Shown here in pieces: positions 32,305 to 43,584 of a stretch of 64,000 nt of DNA (positions are counted from its first letter, which is position 1; every line of letters begins with the position of its first letter). The notes beneath the pieces are model-generated. The model saw only the letters and a list, made by a program, of their open reading frames with translations, did no database searches and was not told the origin of the DNA. The stretch covers positions 310,001-374,000 of the forward strand of contig OZ251235.1 of assembly GCA_965240325.2 (NCBI GenBank), written 5' to 3'. This DNA is from Rebecca billardiae RCC1528 (Eukaryota > Protista > Haptophyta). The translations under genes were made by a program, and so were the position numbers.

Positions 32305-35235
32305 ATGGCGTCGAGGCCGGGCAAGGCGGGCGGCACCGCTGGGCCCACCTCGCCACAGACGATGGCGTTACTCGCACCGCTGGCTTCGAGCTCGCCTCTC
32401 GCGCCATCGAGCGAGATTCACCTCGACGCGGCGGTCGTCAGAACGCTGAGCGAAGTCATCGCGGGCGGCCAAGGTGCGCACTCGCCGCTCAGCATCCAGC
32501 TGGCAGCGTCGCGGTCGCCTGACGCCGGCAGCAGACGACGGCGTGTCGGACCACGAGCTCGGCAGCGCCGGCATAGCGGGAGTGGTAGCGACAGCGACAT
32601 CGACGACGAGGAGGACGACTGGTACTTTGTCGCGGACACCACAGCCAGGAGCTTCAGCGAGCGGCGGATCAGCCGCACGATGCGCAAGGCGGCGCGCGCG
32701 CGCGCCTCCCTGGCGCAGACACTCGGCCCGGCGGTTGGGACGCCGACGAGCCTGGGGGCTGAAGAGGCGGATACGGCGGATCTCGCCCGTGGCCCAAGTG
32801 GCGAGCTGCCCTCGCCGCGCGCGCTGCCGTCACTCCTCAGGCAGCGCTCGGTGGCGGGCGGCGCCGGGCGCGTGTCGCTCTCGCAGGCCGGCGCCTCGCG
32901 CAGCTCGCTCGCGCTGCCCCATCGGCATCCCGTGGGCAGCAAGCGGCTGAGCAGAGCCGTGGGCGTGCCCACGAGCACCGCGGAGGACGCGCTGCCCTTT
33001 GCTCCGGCGCCGTTTGGCCACTCGGCGAATGGACGCTCGGCTGCCACCGCACTCGAGCGCGCTGCGCAGCGCGCGCGCGCAGAAGCGCAGCAAGCGCTCG
33101 CCGAGCTGGGCACCTACGCCGTGCAGGAGGAGGCCGATGCGCCCGCGCCCGCGCCCGGACAGCCGGCAGCCGCCGGCGCGGAGTCTCCACGCGAGGCGGA
33201 TCAGCACGCCGCGCCGGCCGACGGCGGCGGCCTGGGGCGCACTGGCAGCGCGCCGGGCAGCGCACCGGCCGCCCGCCCGGACGAGGCTGAGAGCGGCGCG
33301 CGGCTGCTGCACGCAGGCGCGCGCGTCGCGCCGCAGCGCAGGAGGGGCGGCGGGCAGCTGCAGAGCCTCGACGCGCAGCTGGCGGCGGTGGACGACGGCC
33401 CCTTCGAGGGCTCGGCGAGTGTCTGCCGGCCGATCTCCCCCGCGGAGACGGGCATTCCGAACTTCAGCGCGGAGGCGCTGGGCCATGAGCTGCGCACGCG
33501 GCTGGCGCCCGCGGTGTTTGGCCGCGCGAGCCTGGGCGAGCTCTCGCGCCTCGTGCGCTCGGAGGACGCCGTGCTCGCCCGGTGCGCGCGGTACGCCCGG
33601 CTGTACTCCGCCCACGCGCCCGCGCGCTCGGTGCTCGTCCTCGTGCGCGGCTCCGTCACGCTCGAGTGGTTCGACGGCTGCGTGGAGACGATCCTCGTGA
33701 CGGGTGACGAGGTCCGCGGCTGCACGCACGGCGGCGCGCACGCGTCGCATGGCGGCGCGGGAGCGCAGGCCGCGCCCCACGCGGCGGACGGCGGGGCTGG
33801 CGCTGCCGGGCGCGCCGGCGCCGGCGCGGGCGGCGACGCGGCGGGTGCGGCGTCGCTGCTCAGATCGCCCGCGAACGGCGCCGCGCCGACGCGCGGCGCT
33901 GCGTTTGGGCTAGAGGCCGCGGCCTCGCGCGCGCGCGGCGCTGTGGATGGCGGCTTCGTCCTCCCGCGCCTCGCCACGGCCACCATCTCGCACGCCGCGA
34001 TCGTCCTCCTCGTGGAGCCGTCCGCGCTGCCTGCGGTGCTCGCCGAGGCGTGCGCGCTCGAGCTGCGCTACCGACTGCTCGCGCGCCAGCCGCTCTTCCG
34101 CCAGCTGCCGCCGCGCGTGCTCGCGCCCGCTGCGCGGCTCTTCACGCTGCGCCGCGCGACGCGCGGCGAGGGCATCGTGCTGCAGGGCGACGAGGCGGAC
34201 TCGTTCCAGATGGTGCTGCGTGGCACGGTGAGCGTGCTGTTGCTCACGCCCGAGCGTCGGCTGGTCGAGGTGGCGCGCATCGCGGCTGGCTCGCACGCGC
34301 CCTACTTTGGCGAGCTCGCGCTCTCGGCGCACGACGCGGCCGGCGCCGAGGGCGCGCGCGCGATCCAGCGAATCGCCTCGGTCGTCGCGCTGGACGAGGT
34401 GTGGCTGCTTGTGCTACGCAGGCCGCACTTCCAGCCCGCGCTCGAGCTGATCCCCGACTGGCGCGAGCGCTTTGCGCGCGCGGCCGAGGCCCTCGAGCGC
34501 ATCAACGCGATCCGGCTGCAGCACGAGCAGGAGCGGCAGCTGAGGGCGAGGCTGCACGAGAAGAGCGCACTGCTCGCCGCCGAGCGCGAGGCGGAGGCCG
34601 CGAGGCTGGCGCAGCTGCGCGCCGCGCGCGCGCAGCTGCGCACCGCGGGCGTGCACGTGCAGGAGCGCGGCAGGGCCGGCGGCGGCGCGGAGGGCCCTGC
34701 CGCCGAGCTCTCCACGCCGCCGCCTGGCGCGCTCGCGCCCATGCACGCAGGGCCGCGGCACTGGACGGCGAGCGCTGCGTCTCGGCCGGCGCACGCGCCC
34801 AAGCGCCCCCTCACCATGTTCGTGGCGGGGAGCGCCGAGCACGGCCCCGCCGCGCGGCTCGGCAGCGAGGGCGCGCACGAGCTCCGAGAGCACGCCAGCG
34901 CGGAGGGGCGCGTGCTGCGCACCGCAAGCAGCGCAGAGCAAGGCAGCCCGCCGCCCGCGGCAGGGCGTGCGCGGCTCGGGGCCGTCAGCCCCGTGCGCCG
35001 GCGGCCACACGAGCGGGAGCGGCAGGTGGCGATGGAGACAATCATGAAGCTTGCAGCGGCTGCGCACGCACGTGACGCGCCAGCCGGAGCAGGGGGCTGG
35101 GCTGCAGCCAAGCAGCATGTCCTCATCCGCGCGCGACAGTCGGCGGGCTCCGCCAGTGCCATCACGGATGCCAGTTGTGCTGCTGCTGCCACCGTCGTGC
35201 CCACCGGTCGTGCCGGTGGCGGCGATGCCGCATGA
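32305..35235 (+). CDS. Cyclic-nucleotide-binding domain protein (one clear and one degenerate cNMP domain)
   Basis: PLFRQL...[24 protein letters not shown]...PYFGELAL...[16 protein letters not shown]; start codon uncertain. Confidence 0.72.
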   Translation: MASRPGKAGGTAGPTSPQTMALLAPLASSSPLAPSSEIHLDAAVVRTLSEVIAGGQGAHSPLSIQLAASRSPDAGSRRRRVGPRARQRRHSGSGSDSDIDDEEDDWYFVADTTARSFSERRISRTMRKAARARASLAQTLGPAVGTPTSLGAEEADTADLARGPSGELPSPRALPSLLRQRSVAGGAGRVSLSQAGASRSSLALPHRHPVGSKRLSRAVGVPTSTAEDALPFAPAPFGHSANGRSAATALERAAQRARAEAQQALAELGTYAVQEEADAPAPAPGQPAAAGAESPREADQHAAPADGGGLGRTGSAPGSAPAARPDEAESGARLLHAGARVAPQRRRGGGQLQSLDAQLAAVDDGPFEGSASVCRPISPAETGIPNFSAEALGHELRTRLAPAVFGRASLGELSRLVRSEDAVLARCARYARLYSAHAPARSVLVLVRGSVTLEWFDGCVETILVTGDEVRGCTHGGAHASHGGAGAQAAPHAADGGAGAAGRAGAGAGGDAAGAASLLRSPANGAAPTRGAAFGLEAAASRARGAVDGGFVLPRLATATISHAAIVLLVEPSALPAVLAEACALELRYRLLARQPLFRQLPPRVLAPAARLFTLRRATRGEGIVLQGDEADSFQMVLRGTVSVLLLTPERRLVEVARIAAGSHAPYFGELALSAHDAAGAEGARAIQRIASVVALDEVWLLVLRRPHFQPALELIPDWRERFARAAEALERINAIRLQHEQERQLRARLHEKSALLAAEREAEAARLAQLRAARAQLRTAGVHVQERGRAGGGAEGPAAELSTPPPGALAPMHAGPRHWTASAASRPAHAPKRPLTMFVAGSAEHGPAARLGSEGAHELREHASAEGRVLRTASSAEQGSPPPAAGRARLGAVSPVRRRPHERERQVAMETIMKLAAAAHARDAPAGAGGWAAAKQHVLIRARQSAGSASAITDASCAAAATVVPTGRAGGGDAA

Positions 35236-35293
35236 GGCGGTGGCCCGGACGACCGATCATCGCCTACTGTCATGCAGCCATATGATTATTGAC

Positions 35294-35498
<205 letters not shown>

Positions 35499-35774
35499 GG
35501 GCTTATTGTTGCCTTGTAGTTGTATTCATGTGTCGTCGCCAGCGTCGCCTCCGAAGTATCAGATTCCGCGATGCTCATTGGCAATCAGCGCTCGTCATCT
35601 GACATTCAATTTGACGCTCGCCCGCCGCGATAATCGAGCGGCGCTGCGCGCTGCGACTCATCAATAAAGATATATATATATATATATCGTACAGAATAAG
35701 TAGTAGCGCTAGCAACCGTCGTCGTCGTCGTCGTCTACTGGTGGCGGGCAGTAGCAGGCAAGCAGCCCGCCTCG

Positions 35775-38700
35775 TCATTGTGAGAAGAGCTCGCCACCAG
35801 TCATCTCGGCGAACTGCACGTACCCACGCACCACGCCGTACGCGATCCAGAGCGGCGCGAAGATGAGGAAGCACGGCGTGACGACGCGCCGGCCGAAGCG
35901 GTCGGCCGCGTTGGTCGACTCGTTGCCCAGCCAGAAGCCCACGTACTTCTCGCGCACCAGCTGCGACTCGCGCGCCTTGATGCCCGCGCGGAACTGCTTC
36001 TCGGAGACGCGCACGTTGTCCACCGAGAGCTGCTCGCCCACCAGGTGCATCACGAGCTGCGCGACCGCCAGGTCGTCCAGCCGCTCCTTGGTGCACTGCG
36101 GCACGAGCTCGCGGATCACCTTAATCATCGCCGACATGTTGAGCATGCCGCTCTGCTCCGAGTCGAGCTGGACGAAGATCTGGTGGATCGGGTCGCCGAG
36201 CGTGCCGATCTGCCCGGCGGGGCGCCGGCCGGGCGAGGGCATCGCCCACTGCGTCACGGCCTCGTTCATCGCGAGGAACCGCTGCTTGAGCGGCGAGGCG
36301 GGCACGCGCGAGCCCCGCCGCTCGCTGAGCCGCGAGACGATGCGCTCCCAGTGGCCCACGGCGCGCGCCTCGGCGATGGAGTGCACGTCGTGGTCACTGT
36401 CGGTGCTGTCGGTGCTGCCACGCCGCCTGCCGCTCGCGACTCGCACCTGCAGCCCACGCCGGCCACTGCCGCCCGCACCGCCGCCGCGCGCCTCCGCCCC
36501 CGTGCGCGCCTCCGCCCCCGTGCGCGCCTCCGCCCCCGTGCGCGCCTCCGCCCCCGTGCGCGCCGAGGCCGCCTTGGGCGCCGAGGCCGGCTCGTCAGAA
36601 TCCTCGTCGCTCGACGCGTCCGTGCGGACGACGGCGGGCGTCATGCCGCCGGACGCCGCGGACGCGCCCGCGCCAACGGTGACGGTGACGGGCCCGCAGC
36701 GCACGCGCCGCCCCTGCGAGTCGCCCTCGGCGCCGCCGCCCGCCGCGCCCACGGCGCGCTTGCCGACGGGCTTTGCCTTGGAGAAGGTCGCTGAGGGGCC
36801 TGCGTCTCGCGAGCTCGAGCCTGAGACTGGGCCGAGGTCGCTGCACTCGAGCTCATCCTCGGAGGCGACGCCCGCGCTGGTGGTGGCCGGCGAGGCGAGG
36901 CGCGGCGAGCGTGGCGACGTCGTGGCGCTCGACATCAGCTCGGTCACCGACGTTCGGCCGGGGCTGCGCGGCTGCGGGCGCGAGCTCGCGGGCGCACCGG
37001 GTGAAACCGACGCGGCTGGCACGTCCGCGCTCGTCGCGGCCGCAGGAGTGAGCGCCGGTGGCGCCGCCCCGGGGCGCGCGGCCCCGGCCGGCGCCGCCGC
37101 GGCCGCGCCGCTGGCATCGAGCTGCGCCCGTACGCCGCCCTCCCGTGCTGCGCGCAGGCTCTGCGTGAGCGAGCCGCACGCCGGCAGCGACGCTCGGCGC
37201 GCATCCACCACGCCTGTCGTCGCCGCGCGCGGCGGCAGCTGCACGGGAGGCGCAGACGGCCCCAGCGCGCCCCCCGCCGCGGCGGGATGTACGGTCGTGG
37301 CGCGGCCACGCTCCGGCGAGACGATCGACGGCGCGGACTGCCGCCGCGGCCCACCACTAGAGCCGTCGGCGCCTGGCCCGGCGCCCTTGAGCGGTGCGGG
37401 CGAGACCTTGGCGGAGGCCGCGCACCCGCCGAGCCGGCCGGCGGCCGCGGAGCCGGGATGGGCGCGCACGCCGGCGTGCGACGACGACTCATCGCGCGTC
37501 TTGCTGCCGCGCCGGCGCATGCCGAGGAGCGGGCGGTCGAACGAGAACCGGCGCGGCCCGCTCACGAAGTCGTCCACCGACTGCGACCGCGCCAGCTTGG
37601 ACTGCACGAGCGCGTCGTACACCTGCTGCCTGTGCGCGCGCGCCACGTGGTTGACGAGCGCGTTCTTGGTCTCCACAATCACCTGCTGCTGCTGCTCGAC
37701 CTTCAGCACGGAGGAGATGAAGATGGCGATGACGGTGATGTTGCACGCGGCGAAGAGGAAGAGCATCGAGAGCAGCAGGAAGATGTCCAGCCACGAGCTC
37801 AGCGACTCGGACGGCGGCAGCCGCGCCAGCGCCAGGTTGCGCAGCGTGACTGTGGAGAGGGTGCTGATCGTCATCACCGTCACGCGCGCGGGCACCGCGT
37901 CCGGCGGCAGGTAAAACTGCGTGAAGCCGAGGATCGAGACGATGACCGACGGGAGGATCGTCTCCGCCACGACCGGCACCTGGTGCCGGCGCAGGATGAA
38001 GCTCACCTCGATCGCCGAGTGCCTCGTCGACGAGCGCGCGTCGATGCCTCTCCAGCCGGCCGCGTGCGTGTCCGCGCGCGCAAAGACAGCAAAGCCGTGC
38101 GCGTTCTGCAGGTCGCCCGAGTTGTGCACGCCGAGCTCGGGGGTGAGGCGCACGGCGGTGCTCGGCAGCGTGGCGAAGAGCGTCACGTTGCACCGCTGCG
38201 TGTCGAACGGGTACGCGCCCACGTCGATCGTGCACAGCGTCGTCGCCTTGAGCCTCGACCTGAGCGTGAGGTTGCCTGAGTGGTGCAGCTCGAGGAAGGC
38301 GTCACCCGCACTGCCGCCGCTGCTGCCCGCTGCCGAGCCGTCGCCGCCCTCGAGCGCGTCGAGCGGCTCGAGGCTCACGCCGGGCGTCCACGCCTCGTGC
38401 GCGCGGAGCTCGAGGCTGCGCGGCGGCTCGTGCCCCTCGCCCTCCTCCGCCTCCCCGCCCGCCGCCGCGCCCACCTCCCACGCCAGCCGCGCGTCCCTCC
38501 ACGCCAGCACCAGCCACAGCACGCTCTCCAGCCGGCCCGAGCGGTCGCGCAGAAACGCGTCGTTGATGTGCAGCCCGACGGAGACGGGGATGTGCGCCTC
38601 GGACGCGGCGAGGGAGGAGGCTGTGGGTGGGGCACGTACGTACGAGCGGAGCAGCTCGCGCCGGGTCAGCGACCGCGCGTCCGCTGCGCGAGGGCGCACG

Positions 38701-39659
38701 GCTGAGACGATCGTGCCACCGCCGCCGCTGCCGCCGCCCGCACACAGCGCGGCGGCCGAGCCGCGCGCGTGCACGAACTGGAGCGCGCGCACGAGGGTGG
38801 GGAGGAGGCCTGCGTCGTCGTCGGCGCGCGCGATCTCGTCCACACTCGCGCGCAGCTCGCCGCTCGCCAGCATCTCCTCCCGGCTCGCGTCGAAGCCCGA
38901 GACCCAGAGCTCGCGGCCGGCGGCTCGGGCGGCGCGCACGACGCCTGCGGCCGCGTCGTCGTTGGGCGCGACAATGGCCTGCAGCGTGGGGTGCGAGACG
39001 AGCAGGCGCGAGGTGAGCGTCGCCGCCTCCTCCTCCGCGTCGGGCCACGCCTCCAGCGCGACCCGCTCGACCACGCGCACGACGGTTGGACACTCGGCGC
39101 TCAGCGCAGCGGCGACGCCGTCTGCGCGTGCGCGCGCGGCCGCGCTCACGCCCGGGCCCTCTATGATGACGGCGGGCGTGTGCACCCGCCGCTCGCTGCA
39201 CAGCGTCTCGCCAACCGCCTCGCCGCCACGGAACGCGTCGGGCGCGACCACGGGCGTGCAGTGCGGCGCCAGCACGCCCACGTCGCTCGGCTGCTCAAAG
39301 AAGAGCACAGGAGCGCCCGCGTCGAGCACTGGGCGCCAGGCCGCCGCCGAGCGCGCTGCGACGAGCACGAGGAGCGTGGGCTGCGCAGGCTGCTCGGACG
39401 CCGAAGCGTTGGCAAAGGCGACCGACGCGAGCGCCTCTGCGAGCGCTTGCTCCGCGGCATCAGACTGTACGAACGCGCTCGGCCGGAGCTGAACAAAGCC
39501 GTCCGGCCAGTCGCTGCGGATGTGCTCGCGGAGCTGGCGGTCGAGGCGCTCGAGGAAGGGCTCGAAGTCGCGCCAGACAAGCTGCACCTGTGGGGTGCTT
39601 GTGCCCGAGAGGGCGAGGCTCGCCGCGCACACGGCGAGCAGGCCGCACCGCGGCCGCAT
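35775..39659 (-). CDS. Pentameric ligand-gated (Cys-loop) ion channel, anion-type, with N-terminal periplasmic sugar-binding (PBP type I) domain and EF-hand-like motif in the M3-M4 loop
   Basis: Signal peptide; PBP-I motifs (ARARADGV, IVAPNDDAAAGVVRAARAAG..VSGFDA); WRDARLAW, AWTP; Cys-loop CTIDVGAYPFDTQRC; M1 ILPSVIVSILGFTQFYL, PARV, M3 WLDIFLLLSMLFLF, M4 ADRFGR..PCFLIFAPLWI. Confidence 0.85.
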   Translation of the reverse strand: MRPRCGLLAVCAASLALSGTSTPQVQLVWRDFEPFLERLDRQLREHIRSDWPDGFVQLRPSAFVQSDAAEQALAEALASVAFANASASEQPAQPTLLVLVAARSAAAWRPVLDAGAPVLFFEQPSDVGVLAPHCTPVVAPDAFRGGEAVGETLCSERRVHTPAVIIEGPGVSAAARARADGVAAALSAECPTVVRVVERVALEAWPDAEEEAATLTSRLLVSHPTLQAIVAPNDDAAAGVVRAARAAGRELWVSGFDASREEMLASGELRASVDEIARADDDAGLLPTLVRALQFVHARGSAAALCAGGGSGGGGTIVSAVRPRAADARSLTRRELLRSYVRAPPTASSLAASEAHIPVSVGLHINDAFLRDRSGRLESVLWLVLAWRDARLAWEVGAAAGGEAEEGEGHEPPRSLELRAHEAWTPGVSLEPLDALEGGDGSAAGSSGGSAGDAFLELHHSGNLTLRSRLKATTLCTIDVGAYPFDTQRCNVTLFATLPSTAVRLTPELGVHNSGDLQNAHGFAVFARADTHAAGWRGIDARSSTRHSAIEVSFILRRHQVPVVAETILPSVIVSILGFTQFYLPPDAVPARVTVMTISTLSTVTLRNLALARLPPSESLSSWLDIFLLLSMLFLFAACNITVIAIFISSVLKVEQQQQVIVETKNALVNHVARAHRQQVYDALVQSKLARSQSVDDFVSGPRRFSFDRPLLGMRRRGSKTRDESSSHAGVRAHPGSAAAGRLGGCAASAKVSPAPLKGAGPGADGSSGGPRRQSAPSIVSPERGRATTVHPAAAGGALGPSAPPVQLPPRAATTGVVDARRASLPACGSLTQSLRAAREGGVRAQLDASGAAAAAPAGAARPGAAPPALTPAAATSADVPAASVSPGAPASSRPQPRSPGRTSVTELMSSATTSPRSPRLASPATTSAGVASEDELECSDLGPVSGSSSRDAGPSATFSKAKPVGKRAVGAAGGGAEGDSQGRRVRCGPVTVTVGAGASAASGGMTPAVVRTDASSDEDSDEPASAPKAASARTGAEARTGAEARTGAEARTGAEARGGGAGGSGRRGLQVRVASGRRRGSTDSTDSDHDVHSIAEARAVGHWERIVSRLSERRGSRVPASPLKQRFLAMNEAVTQWAMPSPGRRPAGQIGTLGDPIHQIFVQLDSEQSGMLNMSAMIKVIRELVPQCTKERLDDLAVAQLVMHLVGEQLSVDNVRVSEKQFRAGIKARESQLVREKYVGFWLGNESTNAADRFGRRVVTPCFLIFAPLWIAYGVVRGYVQFAEMTGGELFSQ

Positions 39660-39761
39660 GCCCGCCTGAGGGACGATGTCAAGTCGGCCGCCCGCGATGT
39701 TGTGCTGCCTGCTGCAGTTTTCAGCAGCAGTTTGCATGCATGGCCAGTACAGTTCACTATG

Positions 39762-42700
39762 TTCAGCCGAGAGAGGTGGCATTGCCACCTCTCGCGCGAG
39801 TTGGGGAAACGTTGAGTTCCCGAGTTTTTACACGGGGCGGCAATTTCTGGCGCGCGCAATCTTCCGATTTTAAGGCGGTGGGTGGCGCCGCCGCCGTCGC
39901 GCTCTCGACGCGCGCGAGCTGCGCGCGCGCGGCGGCGGTTTTGGCCGCGCGGCACTGGGCCGGCTGGGTCCGCACGGCCGAGGAGGCCACTCTTGCCGCG
40001 GTGGTCGTGGCGCGGGGACGTCCCCGCCGCTCGCCAACCTCCCGCGAGCGCCTCGCGCCGCCTCGCGCCGCCTTCACGCCATCTCCGCGCGCCAACTGCA
40101 CGCTCTGGACGCCTCGGCGGCAGAGCCGCGCGCGGCGCGGTTGTGTGCCGTGTAGACTGGGCCCATGCGCGTCCGCTGTCGGTGCGCCCCGGCCACGCGC
40201 GCGCGCAGCCCAGACCTCTCGCCTCACGCGTCGCCGCCGAGCACGGCTGTGCACCTCAGTCTGCCGTGGTGCCGCGCGCGCGGCCGAGCGAGCAGGCGAC
40301 GCGTTGTGGAGCGTGTGACGCACGAGACGGGAAGGCGTCCGAGCGTCGGAGCCACCGCTGACCGGCGGCGCGCACGCGATCGGCTTGAGCCATCGGCGCC
40401 GACGGCGCGCGCGCGCTGAGCCAGCTGAAGGCTTGTGCGCCATGGCACGGCAGCCGCCAATCGCGGCCTGCGGCCGTACTGTGCGGCAGGCGCGCTCGGT
40501 GCGGGCGCTTCGGGGCGTGGCCTCACGAGACCGGAGCCCCTGGAAGCGCGACGCATATGAGCTCGCCCCGGCCTGAGTGAGCGCGCATCTGTCAGTGATC
40601 GGCACACGCAGCAGCACGGGGTGGCCGTCGTCATGAGCTCCGCGCTGAGCGCTCCCACGCTGGGTGTCGACCAGGCACAAAGAACAAGCGAGCATGCGCA
40701 CTTTTGAAGTTCTCACCTGCATGGTGCGGCGCTAGGCGTGCACGGTCATGCTGGCGCATGCGAGACCATTCAGCAGGGCTGTGTGCGATGGCCGGCGGCG
40801 CAGGCGCCACGCGTGCGTGTGCGCTGTCTCCGTACCGGCGGAAGGCTGGGATACCAGTATCCCACCCTTCACCTACGCTGACACCTTGAAAAGCTCGTGT
40901 CAGCCAGAAACGCGAGCTTCGAGCGCCGCGCGGCCAGGTAGCACGACCCACTATTCAGCCCATGTAGTCGGATGACCTGAGCAGCAGTTGGCATCATCGC
41001 GCGTGGGCGCGCGCACACGCCACCTCGGGCCAACGTGAGAGTGCGTCGGGCGGGCGCGTGTGCGCACGAATCGAGTGTCAGCAGCAGCGCTCGCTCGCGC
41101 TCACCGAGGAGACATACTTGCTCGCTGGTCGTCTGGGTCAGCAGGCTACCAGCCGTGGTAGACGTTGCAGCAGATGGGATGGAAGGAGATACAGTCTCAA
41201 ACTTCCTGGTAAGCAGTCGGTCTGCGCAGACGCGGCTGCTCCCGGCGCACAAGGACCGTGCGCCGTGAGAGAGAGAGCTGCCGTGGCGCGCCCACCTCGG
41301 AGTCAGCGGACCAGCAGCACTGCAACCATGGAACTGTGCGGTTCAACTGGAGGGTTACGACTTCTGACTGGTATAGTCACTCTCTCTGTCAATGGAAGCA
41401 CGTGGCTGGCATCGGACAGACGCTCAGATGAAACGCGTTGAGGCAGGTGCGCGGCAGCATGCGAGTGCTCGCGTGCGTGCGCGCAAGAGCACACGGGCCA
41501 AGGTAAGTGCCGGGGGTCATACATCTACTCTTCACGCGGCGCCGTGCGGTGTGTCGTGGCGCGCTCAGCGCGGCCGTGTCAAGGCCATGGCTCATGACGA
41601 CGGCCACCCCGTGCTGCTGCGTGTGCCGATCACTGACAGATGCGCGCTCACTCAGGCCGGGGCGAGCTCATATGCGTCGCGCTTCCAGGGGCTCCGGTCT
41701 CGTGAGGCCACGCCCCGAAGCACCCGCACCGAGCGCGCCTGCCGCACAGTACGGCCGCAGGCCGCGATTGGCGGCTGCCGTGCCAAGGGAGGTCCGGGCC
41801 GGGAGCTCCCAGCGAGCGGCCAGCGCGACATCACCTCAAGGTTTTTCCTGAGCGCCGGGCGGCAGCGGCGGCGAGGGCGGTGCTCCGCTGGCGGGGCGCG
41901 CACGGGGCACGGCGCTGCGGGCGCGGATGTGTCCGCAGAGCCGGCGCGTGCGGACGGGCTGTTGCGGGAGAGCATCTGGCGCCCTCCTGCGCCGCGCGCA
42001 TTGCGCCACGCCTCTTTCGCCTTGACTCAGGGCAGCGCGCACATGCGCGCTGCGTCAAGGCCAGCCTTGCCGCGCCGCAGCCGACCGCACGCGCGCCGTG
42101 CGCGGCGTGGTCGGGAAGGAACGGGCGCGGCTGCCGGGCGAGATGGCGACATCACGTGCGCACGCCATGTCGTCCCGCGGCGCCGCGAAAGGGCGCGATA
42201 ACGGATCCGCACAGCTGTTGACGAGTGCTGATTTCTTGCCGTGCCTGAAGCCAGACCTGAGCTCGAAAAAGATGATGAAAGTGCATCAGCGCGAGGAAAG
42301 CGTCGCACCCAGCACTTCTACATGGCCACGTGGTGATGGACATTCATGTAAGAGTAGTCCGCGTGCCCGTCTGGCACTGTTCTGTGTCTCAATGATCGTC
42401 CCGACAAGGGTCGCGACCGCGAGGCCGTGCAGACCATTTGAGACAACTCGAAGAGGCGTGCAAACGGACCGGCGACACGCTCGTCAAGGCGTGGCGGGGC
42501 GGCATGGCGTGCGCACGTGATGTCGCCATCTCGCCCGGCAGCCACGCCCGTTCCTTCCCGACCACGCCGCGCACGGCGCGCGCGCGGTCGGCTGCGGCGC
42601 GGCAAGGCTGGCCTTGACGCGGCGCGCATGTGCGCGCTGCCCTGAGTCAAGGCGAAAGAGGCGTGGCGCAATGCGCGCGGCGCAGGAGGGCGCCAGATGC

Positions 42701-43578
42701 TCTCCCGCAACAGCCCGTCCGCACGCGCCGGCTCTGCGGGCACATCCGCGCCCGCAGCGCCGTGCCCCGTGCGCGCCCCGCCAGCGGAGCACCGCCCTCG
42801 CCGCCGCTGCCGCCCGGCGCTCAGGAAAAACCTTGAGGTGATGTCGCGCTGGCCGCTCGCTGGGAGCTCCCGGCCCGGACCTCCCTTGGCCGTGCCATGG
42901 CGCACAAGCCTTCAGCTGGCTCAGCGCGCGCGCGCCGTCGGCGCCGATGGCTCAAGCCGATCGCGTGCGCGCCGCCGGTCAGCGGTGGCTCCGACGCTCG
43001 GACGCCTTCCCGTCCCGTGCGTCACACGCTCCACAACGCGTCGCCTGCTCGCTCGGCCGCGCGCGCGGCACCACGGCAGACTGAGGTGCACAGCCGTGCT
43101 CGGCGGCGACGCGTGAGGCGAGAGGTCTGGGCTGCGCGCGCGCGTGGCCGGGGCGCACCGACAGCGGACGCGCATGGGCCCAGTCTACACGGCACACAAC
43201 CGCGCCGCGCGCGGCTCTGCCGCCGAGGCGTCCAGAGCGTGCAGTTGGCGCGCGGAGATGGCGTGAAGGCGGCGCAAGGCGGCGCGAGGCGCTCGCGGGA
43301 GGTTGGCGAGCGGCGGGGACGTCCCCGCGCCACGACCACCGCGGCAAGAGTGGCCTCCTCGGCCGTGCGGACCCAGCCGGCCCAGTGCCGCGCGGCCAAA
43401 ACCGCCGCCGCGCGCGCGCAGCTCGCGCGCGTCGAGAGCGCGACGGCGGCGGCGCCACCCACCGCCTTAAAATCGGAAGATTGCGCGCGCCAGAAATTGC
43501 CGCCCCGTGTAAAAACTCGGGAACTCAACGTTTCCCCAACTCGCGCGAGAGGTGGCAATGCCACCTCTCTCGGCTGAA
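39762..43578. mobile_element. Non-coding branched foldback element: 690-bp terminal inverted repeats enclosing two internal stem-loops
   Basis: 39762-40451 is inverted at 42889-43578; 40443-40638 at 41590-41785; 41782-42170 at 42502-42890. Confidence 0.85.
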
Positions 43579-43584
43579 TGTTAA

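Noticed and set aside
40060-43280. Idea that arm mismatches preserve G-U pairing on one strand (selected RNA structure)
   Set aside because: The mismatches I checked give wobble pairs on different strands; ordinary transition mutations explain them.
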